Part shown: positions 1 through 9,800 of the stretch, piece after piece
How the letters are laid out: every line of letters begins with the position of its first letter
How positions within the stretch are numbered: position 1 is the first letter of the stretch
DNA from: Balamuthia mandrillaris
Taxonomy: Eukaryota
Assembly: GCA_031835245.2 (NCBI GenBank)
Contig: JAVKOQ020000074.1
Span: 183,243-203,242, forward strand
Length of the DNA: 20,000 bases
Direction of reading: 5' to 3'
Position numbers and translations under genes: made by a program
The notes under the pieces: model-generated
What the model saw: only the letters and a program-made list of their open reading frames with translations
What the model was told of the DNA's origin: nothing
Databases searched by the model: none

Positions 1-719
1 GAAACCTACAGCTTAACACCAAGTCAAGTGGAGGCGGTATACAAGGCGGAGAAACAAAAGGAAACAAAAGAGGAGTTGCAGGAGCAAGAAGAACAGCAGG
101 GGATGATGATGACGAATGCTGCTACAATGGACCCACTGGCGGAGATCCTTGCTGCCTTTTGTCCGATGAATCACTCTGGAGAAACCATCTTCAGCATGGT
201 CAACCGTCTTTGGCGTGACAACCGCCTCATGAGAGCGCCCATCATGCAAGCAGTGGTGAAGCTCCGTGTCCTTCCTGACCTCCCCCAGTTCGAGCTGCCA
301 GCTTTATTCCAGCACTTTGCGGCACAGTTCAAAACTCACACTCAGGCCAGAAATTTGCTGGATGAGACGCCTTCCTGTGCTGAAATTACCCGAACCCGCT
401 ATGAAGGTTGCTTGGAGCAACAAAAAAGCATGCAAGCATGGAACCAGTGATAAATGATCACAGGGAGAAGCCCATTCGAGACTTCCTGCAGCAGTGCTAT
501 GGCTTTGTCCTGCCATCTGGCAAGCGCCTCACTGTGAAGCACATGAAGGACCACATGTGGTGCTTGAAGGGTGACTATCCCCACCTTCGACTTTGCCTTG
601 GCAACTGGTGAGAGGAGATGGTGACGAACTTCCTGCAGTTCCTGGAACAGCTTAGCAGGCAGCAGCAGCAGCAGCAACTCCTAGAGCCACAGAGGCGACC
701 TCAGCAGCAGCAACAGTAA
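1..719 (+). pseudogene. 3' part of a decayed ORF, possibly the C-terminus of a hAT-like DNA transposase
   Basis: Frame 1 is open from base 1 to 450. After an apparent 1-nt frameshift near the A-run at ~422-427, reading continues in the 408..611 frame, through one TGA at 609-611 (likely CGA->TGA), to TAA at 717-719, with a CAG/poly-Q tail. LAEILAAFCPMNHSGETIFSMVNRLWRDNR resembles the hAT dimerisation motif (PxxxxxERxFS...RNR) by eye only. Confidence 0.35.
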
Positions 720-1252
720 CTCCTACTGCATCTTCTTATGTATTGTTTCTCCTACTCTGCAGGGTGACAGTGTGCCACAGCATCTGTTAGCACTTTGACC
801 TTACATCAAACGTGAGTGGAGATGGCAACACAAAACTGTCTAGTGGATGGGGTGAGGAGAGGTTTATTCATACAGGTGGGTGTTGACGCATTAAGTGGTG
901 GTGGCAGTTTGGGTACTGTGCGCATGGACCTTTACTTAGCTCCCCACGCCCTCTCTTTGCCCCTTGAAGCTGGATGGTGGCAGGTTGTTATCTTCTGCTT
1001 GCCCTTTTGTTTTGAGATGGGTGTGAAATGGCGCTGTTGTGGTACTCTGCATCCTTGTTGTTAGCCCAAAAAGCAGAACTGCATTCGTAAGGAGCCAAGA
1101 CATGGAGTTCAAGAGCACGGAAGAGGCACCGTGTTCTTGGGCTTCGCCTTTCTTGTCTTGTGCTTCCTTTCTGTGCAGGAAAGCTGAAGTGGCTGGCAGC
1201 AAAAAAAAAAAAAAAGTAAAAATAAAGAATACTTCCAAAATGGCAACTATGT

Positions 1253-1346
1253 AAGAAAGAGAGAGAGAGAGACAAAGAGAAAGAGAGAGAGAGAGAGGCA
1301 AAGAGAAAGAGAGAGAGAGACAAAGTAAGAAAGAGAGAGAGAGACA

Positions 1347-1378
<32 letters not shown>

Positions 1379-1775
1379 AAGAGACAGAGAGAGAGAGAGA
1401 GAGAGACAGAGAGGAAGAAAGAAGAAAGAGAGAAAGAGACAGAGAGACAGAGAACAGAGACAAAGAAGACAGAGAGAGAGAGAGAGAGAGAGACAGAGAG
1501 CAGAGAGAGAGACAGAGAGAGAGAGAGAGGGAGACAGAGAGAAAGAGAGAGAGAGAGAGACAGAGAGAGAGAGACAGAGAGGCAGGAGACAGAGAGAGAC
1601 AGAGAGAGAGAGAGAGCGAGAGAGGAGAAAGAGAGAGAGAGAGAGACAGAGAGAGAGAAACAAAGACAGAGAGACAGAGAGAGGGGGAGAGCAGAGAGAC
1701 AGAGAGAGAGAAAGACAGTGAGAGACAGAGAAAGAGAAATGGAAAAACGGGAAGAGAGAAAGAAAAGAAGAAAGA
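1253..1775. repeat. Long imperfect (GA)n/(GACA)/(GAAA) purine microsatellite
   Basis: Directly visible GA dinucleotide runs interrupted by GACA, GAAA and CAAA units; preceded by A15 at 1201-1215. Confidence 0.97.
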
Positions 1776-1799
1776 ATGTGACAAAAAAAAAACAAAAAG

Positions 1800-1976
1800 T
1801 GTAGGTTAGGACTAAACAAAACTCTTTTAAAAAGGAAAGTACTACAAAATGACGGAGTAGTGGACATAAGGGTGGACACAGGCTATCTACCAATAGAACT
1901 TCGATATAAGGAGTATTTTATTGAAATTTCTGTATTTTTACCCTATAGTATTTCATATAAAGTCTGTGGGGCTACA
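1800..1976 (-). mobile_element. Candidate LTR of a third family abutting the truncated A1 5' LTR
   Basis: 177 bp bounded by TGTAG (1800) and CTACA (1972-1976), ending exactly where family A LTR homology begins (1977). The minus strand has TATA-like and AATAAA motifs. No second copy or TSD in the window. Confidence 0.25.
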
Positions 1977-2039
1977 GTCTTTTCCCTATGCCCATTGAGT
2001 TGGTGTTCATTAAGTTGTTTCCCTACCAGCCTTATCACA
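1977..2039 (+). repeat. Family A 5' LTR of A1, 3' 63 bp only
   Basis: GTCTTTTCCCTATGCCCATTGAG...CCAGCCTTATCACA matches the 3' part of the LTRs at 6115, 6388 and 16586. Confidence 0.93.
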
Positions 2040-2164
2040 CTTGGCAACATCAGCTTACTTTTTTCTTGGTAAGTTCAGTTTTTGGGTGATTAATTTATTT
2101 TTAGATACTTGGGGTTTTCAGAGGAAACTTGGAGCACTTTTGTAACAGTGTTCAATGACGTAAA

Positions 2165-5100
2165 ATGTCAGGAACTTCGCTGCAGTCTGGTACAATTCCT
2201 TCTTCTGGTGCACAGAGCAGTCCACTTTCCAGTAGTGCTATCCCTCCAGCTTCTGGCACTCCTTTCCCTACTACTACTTCTACAACCCTTCCCACAGACA
2301 AACTAGATGCCGTCAACTAGGCTCTCTTTGAGCTTCATGCAAGCCAAGTGGACCATGACAGGCTCTCAGTCAAGCAGGCCAGCAATGCTTTGTCTGACTG
2401 TATTGACCAAATTGATGCAAGCAAGAATGAACAAAAGGTGGAGTCCTACTAACCTCCATGGAGATGAAAACACAGCTCCTCAACTGCTTCCAGCATCATG
2501 ACCAAGCGACTGCTAAGATCATGAAACTTGGTAACCTCCAGATGAACATTGATGAGTCTGTAGATGCCTGAAACTTGTAAGTGCAATCAGCACTGCAAGA
2601 GGCTTTCCTCATGGATTTCAGTGAGACTCGGGTCTTGGAGAAGTTCATCACAGGTGCTGTTTCAGACCTGAAGGAGAAATTCCTTTAGCAGAAAGACATC
2701 ACTAATATGGCTGATGCCCAGAACCTCACTAAAGACTGGGAAGGATAGAAACATGCAAAGAGGAGCTTGGACCATCAGTCAAAGAGCTCAAGGCGGGAGA
2801 AGAACAACAAAGACAGCAGTTCAGGCAATGACAGGAGGAAAAAGCAACCCTTTTGCTACAACTGCAAGTCAAGAGAGCACTGGACAAGAGAGTGCTCGGA
2901 AAAGAAGCATGTTGACCAAAGCAAGAAGAAGGGCACTTTCAGTGGTGCTGTTGAATGCATGTTGTCTGCTGAGGATGACATTGAAGATCTCCAGAGGAAG
3001 GACAGTTGAGGCTGTGCTGGACTCCTGTGCCACTGATAGCTTTATCCAATAAACACTTCTACCCAAAGAAGTAAAAATGAGTAGCCTACATAATGGGGAC
3101 ATGTGCAGAAGTGCCACTGGTCATGAAGTAAAGCTGAAGGGTTATGTCACTCTTCATTTTCAGACACCTACTCATGAGAATGTCAAGGCAACCATTGCTG
3201 TCTTGGCAGAGGAAGATCTGTTGCCTCACAATTTTCTCATTGGCTGGGACATTTTGGAAGCATGATGACACTGGTTGCTTCTTGCTGAGAGCAAACCTGT
3301 GGAAGGTTTGTCTTGCAACTCTGATGATGACTGAGTGCACCTCAATCACAAAGGAGACCCAAGACATTGTGGATGTTATCTACCTAGTGGAGCTTCCTAC
3401 TGAGGAAGAGGTAATGACAGGCTTGAGAGAGCTTGTGAATGATGTGGACCTGGATATTAGGCAGAAAGCACAGCTTCTAGAGCTGGCCCTTGAATTCAAG
3501 GACATCTTTTGCTACAAGCTTCCTGAGCCAAGAAGTGTTAAACTTCCTTCCCACAAGATAGTCTTAACGGATTATACTCCCATCTGTGTGAAGCCTCACA
3601 AGGTCAGTGCCAAGGTTCAGGAGACCATTGATGCTGCCATGGATGACATGCTACTCATGGGTGTCATTCACAAATCTGTCAGCAAATGGGCACACCCAGT
3701 AATTATCATCATCAAGAAGGACAGAAAACTACATTTCTGTATTGATTACAGAGAGCTAAACAAATGGACAGGGAAGGACTCCTATCCTATGCCAAATGTT
3801 GAGGATGGACTGAATTGCCTCCATGGCTCCAAGTTCTAATCCAAGTTTGACTTAGCATGTGGTTATTGGCACTTCCTAATGGAGGAGTGTACTGCAAATA
3901 TGTGTGCCTTTGTTATGAAATCCGGCCAGTTTGAGCCTGTGGTTATGCCCTTCAGACCTACAAATGCTCCGGCTATGTTCCAATGAGGAATGGATAAGAT
4001 CTTCAGCAAATTCAAGCAGAAGTTTTCTTGGTGTCATATTGACAACCTCATCATTTTTTCTAAGACATTTGAGGACCACCTCGTTCACTTAGGCAAGGTC
4101 TTTGAGCATCTCTGTGAGTATCAACTCTACATGAAGGTAAACAAATGCACCTTCATGAAGGAGATGATGGAGTACCTTGGACACATGGTGTCTAGCAACG
4201 GAATTAGCCCTATACAGAGCAAGGTCAAGGCAGTGCAAAATTGCCCTTGCCCTACCACCAAGAAGCAACTACAAAGCTTCCTTGGACTTGCAAACTACTA
4301 TTGCAAGCTTATCTATCATCTTGCCAAGATGATGAAGTCCCTCACTGACCTTATGAGCCTGAAAACAAAGTTCATGTGGAGTGATGAGCAGGAAAAGGCT
4401 TTCCAAGGGATAAAGGAGGCTCTCATTAGTTCTCCTGTCCTTGCCTATCCTGATGCTGGAAAGGACTTTCAGATCTGCTGTGATGCCAGTGATTACGCCA
4501 TCAAGGGAACTCTGGAGCAAAAAGGAGAGAATGGGCTATATGACGTTATAGCCTACAGTAGCAAGAAGCTTTCTGGTCTGCAGCTCAACTGGAGTGCTAT
4601 GGAAAAGGAGGCTTACGTCCTTGTCTTCTTCTTGCAGCATTGGAGACATTATGTTCTTCAACAGCTAGAATGTGTCATCACGGACCACTCAGCACTGCAA
4701 TGGCTGTTCTCCCAGAAAAACCCTTCAGGCAAGTTGATGAGGTGGATTGCCAAGCTGCAGGAATTCAGCCACATCTGAGTTACTCACTGACCAGAGAAAG
4801 AACATTTAAATGCTGATAGTCTCAACCATGAACTGTTCACTCTGGTGCAGTTAACACTGTCACTCGTCCAAAGAACTGCAAACAGGTTACTTTTGCAGAT
4901 GGAGGAAAAGACAGCCAGTCAGATGACGAAGATAACTGTGGGATACAGTCACAAGAAAGTGGCTCCCTATAGGTTTTATTGGATATAGAGTTGGATTCCA
5001 ACTCATGGCTTGAGCTGCTATGTAATGACAATGAATTTTCATGGATTATCAAAGCCATTGAAGGCAACAAGGAGGCATGTCAACATAAGACACCCTGTCA

Positions 5101-6114
5101 GTTGGCGCTCATGGAACAGTGCTTTCTTCAAGACGGACATCTTTTACACGCGATTTGGCCTGATAAAGCCAAACAAGTTACTGTCCAACAAATCGTGCCC
5201 AAGGAGCTTAGGAATGAGATACTTCATCAGTTCTATAATGTTCCTACAGGTGGGCATTTTAGCCTTATGAAGTTGTACTCCCATCTCATCATGCAGTACT
5301 GGTGGCCTGGAATCCACAAAGATGTAGAATGTTGGGTCAAGGACTGTGTGGAATGCCAGGAGGTGAAGGCTCCACAAAAGAAAGCCAACAGGCCGTTAGG
5401 TCACATCATTGCAAATGAGTCAGGCAAGTTGGTCTGCATGGACCTGATGAGTTACCCTTGACAGCCAAAGGGTACCAATACACCTTGGTCACTATCAACA
5501 TGTTCACACATTGGCCAGACATTTGTCCATTGAAGATGAAACAAGCTAAGGAAGTGATAAAGGCCTTACTTGAGATCTTCATGAGCACGAATGTCCCAAA
5601 GGAGCTTTTGTTTGATCAAGGAAGAGAGTTCATTAATAAACTCAACAATGCGCTTTCAACTTTTCTTGGCATCAAACATAAATACTTCACGGCAGAGCAT
5701 CCCCAAGGAAACAGCATGGTTGAATGATACAACTGTACCCATAAGGAGCAGCTCTGAAAATTCATGGATGGCAGGCAACAAGCCTAGAGTGCATACATAC
5801 CTTCCAATGCTACTTTATTCTTATTGCCATGTGCTGCTGCCAGGATGATGATTTACCCCTTACGAGCTGATGTTTGGGAGGAAGTTCAATGGTATCAGTT
5901 TGGTGGACACTACCCATCTGTTCAATAATTCATGGGTGAGGCAACTACAGGAGACTCAGCATGAACTTGCAGAAGAAGCCCATGGAGTAGACAACGCTCA
6001 AAAAGAGAAGACAGAGAAACAAGGTGCAGAATACTGCTGGTCCTAAAACAGATAAAGTGGTAAACCTCAACTGCATCAAATGATTCATCCCTTGTAATGA
6101 TGAAGATAGAGAAG
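2165..6114 (+). pseudogene. gag-pol pseudogene of A1 (Gag, CCHC knuckle, protease, RT, RNase H, integrase; chromodomain deleted)
   Basis: ATG at 2165 (MSGTSLQSG). Motifs: CYNCKSREHWTREC, VLDSCATDSF, FCIDYRELN, YPMPNVE, HIDN (4035-4046), CDASDY, TDHSAL, GGHF...CVEC, FDQGREF. Many stops and frameshifts. Confidence 0.93.
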
Positions 6115-6252
6115 TGTTATACCACTCTCCCATAATACTTATCCCTATCTCTCCTTGTATATATATTTCTTTCTTTCATTTTATTAAAGGTCTTTTCTTT
6201 ATACCCATCGAGTTGGTGTCTGTTAAGTTATTTTCCTACCAGCCTTATCACA
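6115..6252 (+). repeat. Family A 3' LTR of A1 (138 bp)
   Basis: TGTTATA...TATCACA termini, internal TATATAT and ATTAAA; same length as the other full family A LTRs. Confidence 0.96.
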
Positions 6253-6387
6253 GCATTTTTGGATGAGAAAGCTGAAGTTAAAGAAGAGGTTAAAGTTGAA
6301 GTAGAGGTTAAAGCCAAAGAGGAGGATGAAATTGAAGTCAAAGAGGAGGTTGAAGTTGAAGAGGAGATTGAGGCTGAAAAAGGGCTT
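6253..6387. repeat. Host-flank segment with degenerate ~18 bp periodicity (GAAGTTAAAGAAGAGGTT-like)
   Basis: About six related units between the A1 3' LTR and the A2 5' LTR; reads E/V/K-rich on plus and S/T-rich on minus. Confidence 0.6.
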
Positions 6388-6525
6388 TGTTATACCACTC
6401 TCCCATAATACCTATCCCTATCTCTCCTTGTATATATATCTCTTTCTTTCATTTCATTAAAGGTCTTTTCCCTACACCCATCAAGTTGGTGTTCATTAGG
6501 TTGTTCCCCTACCAGCCTTATCACA
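6388..6525 (+). repeat. Family A 5' LTR of A2
   Basis: TG...CA termini; direct repeat of 16586-16723. Confidence 0.97.
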
Positions 6526-6527
6526 CT

Positions 6528-6540
6528 TGGTGACATCAGT
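6528..6540 (+). promoter_or_regulatory. Putative primer-binding site of family A
   Basis: TGGTGACATCAGT starts 2 nt after the LTR; A1 has TGGCAACATCAGC at 2042-2054. TGG is complementary to tRNA CCA. The primer tRNA is not identified. Confidence 0.65.
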
Positions 6541-6573
6541 GTACTTTTTTCTTGGTAAGTTCGGTTTTCAGGT

Positions 6574-6808
6574 TGTTGGTAAAATCACCAACACTTATCT
6601 CAAGACTCCTCATGTTGGATCTGTCCCGGACCCTCAGCTCTCCTTTCTTTTGTATCCTCCATCCTTTCCTTCTCCCTTTTCCCTTTTCTCTTGGTGTACT
6701 TTGAAGCAACGTCGGAGATTCACTCCTGTTGTCCTTCCTCTATTCTCTTGAATACACTTCTTGTCTCATCACCGACTCTTTTATTCTTGAGGTTGGATTC
6801 AACCAATA
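6574..6808 (+). repeat. Family B 5' LTR
   Basis: Starts TGTTGGTAAAATC and ends GATTCAACCAATA (terminal CA mutated to TA); imperfect 13 bp terminal inverted repeat. Confidence 0.96.
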
Positions 6809-6860
6809 TTTTTTTTGACTTACATAAGTGATTCAAATCCCCTCTTGTGCTACGCACATC

Positions 6861-9800
6861 ATGGAAGCCTCAGCTGCTCTCGACACCCTCCGTGAACAGC
6901 TTCACAAGGCACAACAGGAGTACCTTCGCATGCTCCAACAATCCTTTCAACTTGAGCTCGACATCCCCAGCTGCCCTGAGACTGAACGTGTCGCCAAAGA
7001 AGAAGAACAGTGCAAGTTAGACAAAGCCGCAGAACACACTAGAAAGGCCATGGAACGGTTACAACAGCATATAGACAACTTTGTTGTGTTCCTCGCATCC
7101 ACCTCGGCCACACTAGGCAACTCTTCCACATGCAACACTACTGCTGCTGCTGTTTCTCCTCCCTCGCCCGTTCCACAGATCTCTCCCATACAGTCACCTT
7201 GTTCGAGTTCACCCTTTCCCGTTGACATTTCCGTCAACAACACAACTGCTTCCAACAGCACACACGTTCCCTCTGTTCCAGAAACACAGAGCAACACAAC
7301 TACTCCTTCCCCTCCTACTCAGAAGATAATGCCTCGCCTTCCCCCCGGACTACCTAAGTTCAACGTCAGCAGGCGCCAGGACCCCGCTCTTCACACCATG
7401 GAACTGGAGTATCACTTTAACGCCTACAACTACCCTGAGGACAGATGGATGCAAGCCCTCATCACCACCCTTGTTGGAGACGGATGTCTTTGGGCCATTA
7501 GCGCTCTACAAGACCAACCATGGAACATCACTCGAGACCTCTTCCATCGGCACTACCACCTTCCAGACATTGAGGCCACAACAATAGAGGCTGTCATGTT
7601 GTTTTGACAGAAGCCTGGTGAAAGTGTTCATCAGCTCATCAATCAGTACTCTGTACTCTGTAATCATCTTCCTGACACCTTCTACGACTACCTCAAAGCC
7701 TTTTTCTTTGGACGAGCCCTTCTTCCCCACATCAAGTCGAAGTACAAGCAACAGACTCTTTGCAACAAGCCACAAGACGTCATCACTGCTTTCAAGCTCA
7801 CAGTCCTCATTGAGTCAGAGTTTCCCCAACCTTCTTCGAAAGATAAAGGTCACAGCAAATCACCTCAACAGCAATCACCATTACCCCACACAATAGGTGC
7901 TGTTTGCGCACACTGCAAAACATGCAACCACACAGAAGATCAGTGCCAAAAAAAGGCCCGCAGGCTACAACAGCAGTCTTCTCAAGCAACATCTGTTACA
8001 CCAGCCTCATCTTCTGCTCCTACAACATGCAACCCCATGTCAACACTGCTGCAACAAACACGCGCACAACTACCAGCACGCCAGTCGTCTCCCAGCTCAC
8101 ATTCCCTCAACTCCATGGCTTCTACACAGCAACAGAGCAACACACCTGCTCCTACCGTTGAGCAGCAAGACTCTATCGGCGATGAAGAGGAATACAACAA
8201 GTTCTATGAGTCACAACAGGCTCTCAACTCTATCACCATCACTGACAACATGCCCGGACCCAATGACCCTATCTGTGCCCTGATGACCATCAACGGCCGT
8301 TGTGTCACTGCTGTCATAGACTCTGGCGCCAGCCACTCCTTTATGGACCCTTCTATTGTTGACTTAGTTCATGCCAAAACCAAGCAAGCCAACTACACAG
8401 TCAAACTCAGACACCGTGAAACCACTGCTACATGTGCTGCCGAAACGGAGCCACTCGCTATTGGCTTCAGTGAACGCCGTGTCCATCACATGTTCTCCGT
8501 ATTGCCTCAACCAGACGGTCAATCGATCATCCTGGGCCGCGACTTCATGCGCAAGTCCGGCATGGGCATAACAGACATTCTAATCAACTACCCTGAGGAA
8601 CCACTACCCCGCTCCAAGGACCACAACATCACCCGACGCCAACATCAACGTTTGGTGAAAGCTGTCAAGGAACACATCCGCAAGCGTATTCTTGAAGCCA
8701 TCAAGAAATACCTCCAGGAGAACAAGGCTCTACCCACAGGACCTTCCTGTACCCTTCCCAAAGCGGTTCTCCATCTGGACACTGGAGACCACCCTCCTGT
8801 CTTTCGCCACCAATACCCCATCCCACACCATTTAATGCTCGTAATCGATCTGCAAGTGGCAGAATGGCTGCGTACCAGCATCATCATGCTCGCCCCACCC
8901 GACAGTCCCTGGAACTCTCCTCTCACCGTCGTACCCAAGAAGGACGCTGATGGCAATGTTACCCAGTGGCGTGTCTGCATCGACCCGCGCCTCCTGAACA
9001 AGCTCCTCTTGGACCTCACATACCCAATCCCTACTATCCACAGCATTATCTCCAAAGTGCAAGGCTTTTTCATCGCCTCTGCCCTCGACCTTATCTGGTC
9101 TTACACACAATGCCCCATTGCTCCCGAAGACTGCGTCAAAACTGATTCACATGGAACGGTCATTGTTACATGTTTGTTGCTGCCATTTTTGGCATCAAGA
9201 TTGTTGCACAACACTTCCAGCGCCTCATGGACATTGTCACTGCTGCTATTGCTGAGTTCACTTCCCATTACATTGATTATCTAGCTGTCGTTTCCCAAAG
9301 TGTGGAAGAACATATCAAGCACCTTATCTGTGTTATCCTCACTCTCACTGCTGCGGGACTCTGTATCTGTTGGGAGAAGTGTCAGTTTGGGTACAAACGC
9401 CTCTGCATCCTTGGTTTTATCATTGATTGCAGCAATATCCTTCCTGACCAACGCAAGCTCTCCACTTTCGCACTCCTAGAAGTACCATCCACTGGCAAGC
9501 AAATGCAATCCTTCCTTGGCTTTGCAGGCTACCTCCACGACTTCATCCCCATGTTCGCCCAACTCATTCGGCCCCTTGACGCCCTCCAGTACATCAAGGA
9601 CGTCCGTCCCCATTGGAACCAAGACTGCCAGGACGCCTTTGACGCCCTCAAGCGCATCTTATCCAACCCACCTGTGCTCTCTCTCTATGACCCATCCTTA
9701 CCTCTTTTGGTTGGCACTGATGCCTCCCAATTTGGTGTTGGCGCCATCCTTTACCAGATCAGACCCAACAACAAGCACCAGTACATCGCGTTCGCAAGCA

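Larger units (their letters stand above)
1977..6252 (+). mobile_element. Ty3/Gypsy LTR retrotransposon, family A, copy A1 (5'-truncated, internally deleted)
   Basis: Colinear with the internal region of A2. Partial 5' LTR, PBS-like TGG at 2042, gag-PR-RT-RH-IN domain order, complete 3' LTR. Confidence 0.95.

Noticed and set aside
936..1893. Long minus-strand ORFs of 210-301 aa (SLSLSL...)
   Set aside because: Translation artefacts of the CT/GA microsatellite, which lacks stops in all frames.
6115..6525. Tandem LTRs as a TRIM-like mini-element or CRISPR-like repeat-spacer unit
   Set aside because: The two LTRs belong to separate insertions (A2 has its own TSD), the 135 bp between them has no PBS, and the context is eukaryotic with no cas genes.
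7605..7607. TGA in element B gag as a programmed readthrough codon
   Set aside because: It lies inside the capsid-type xQxxxESV motif, before the zinc knuckle, and fits CGA->TGA decay.
9141..9148. Programmed ribosomal frameshift in element B
   Set aside because: The shift falls within the conserved RT KTAF motif and there is no slippery sequence; a simple 1-nt deletion explains it.
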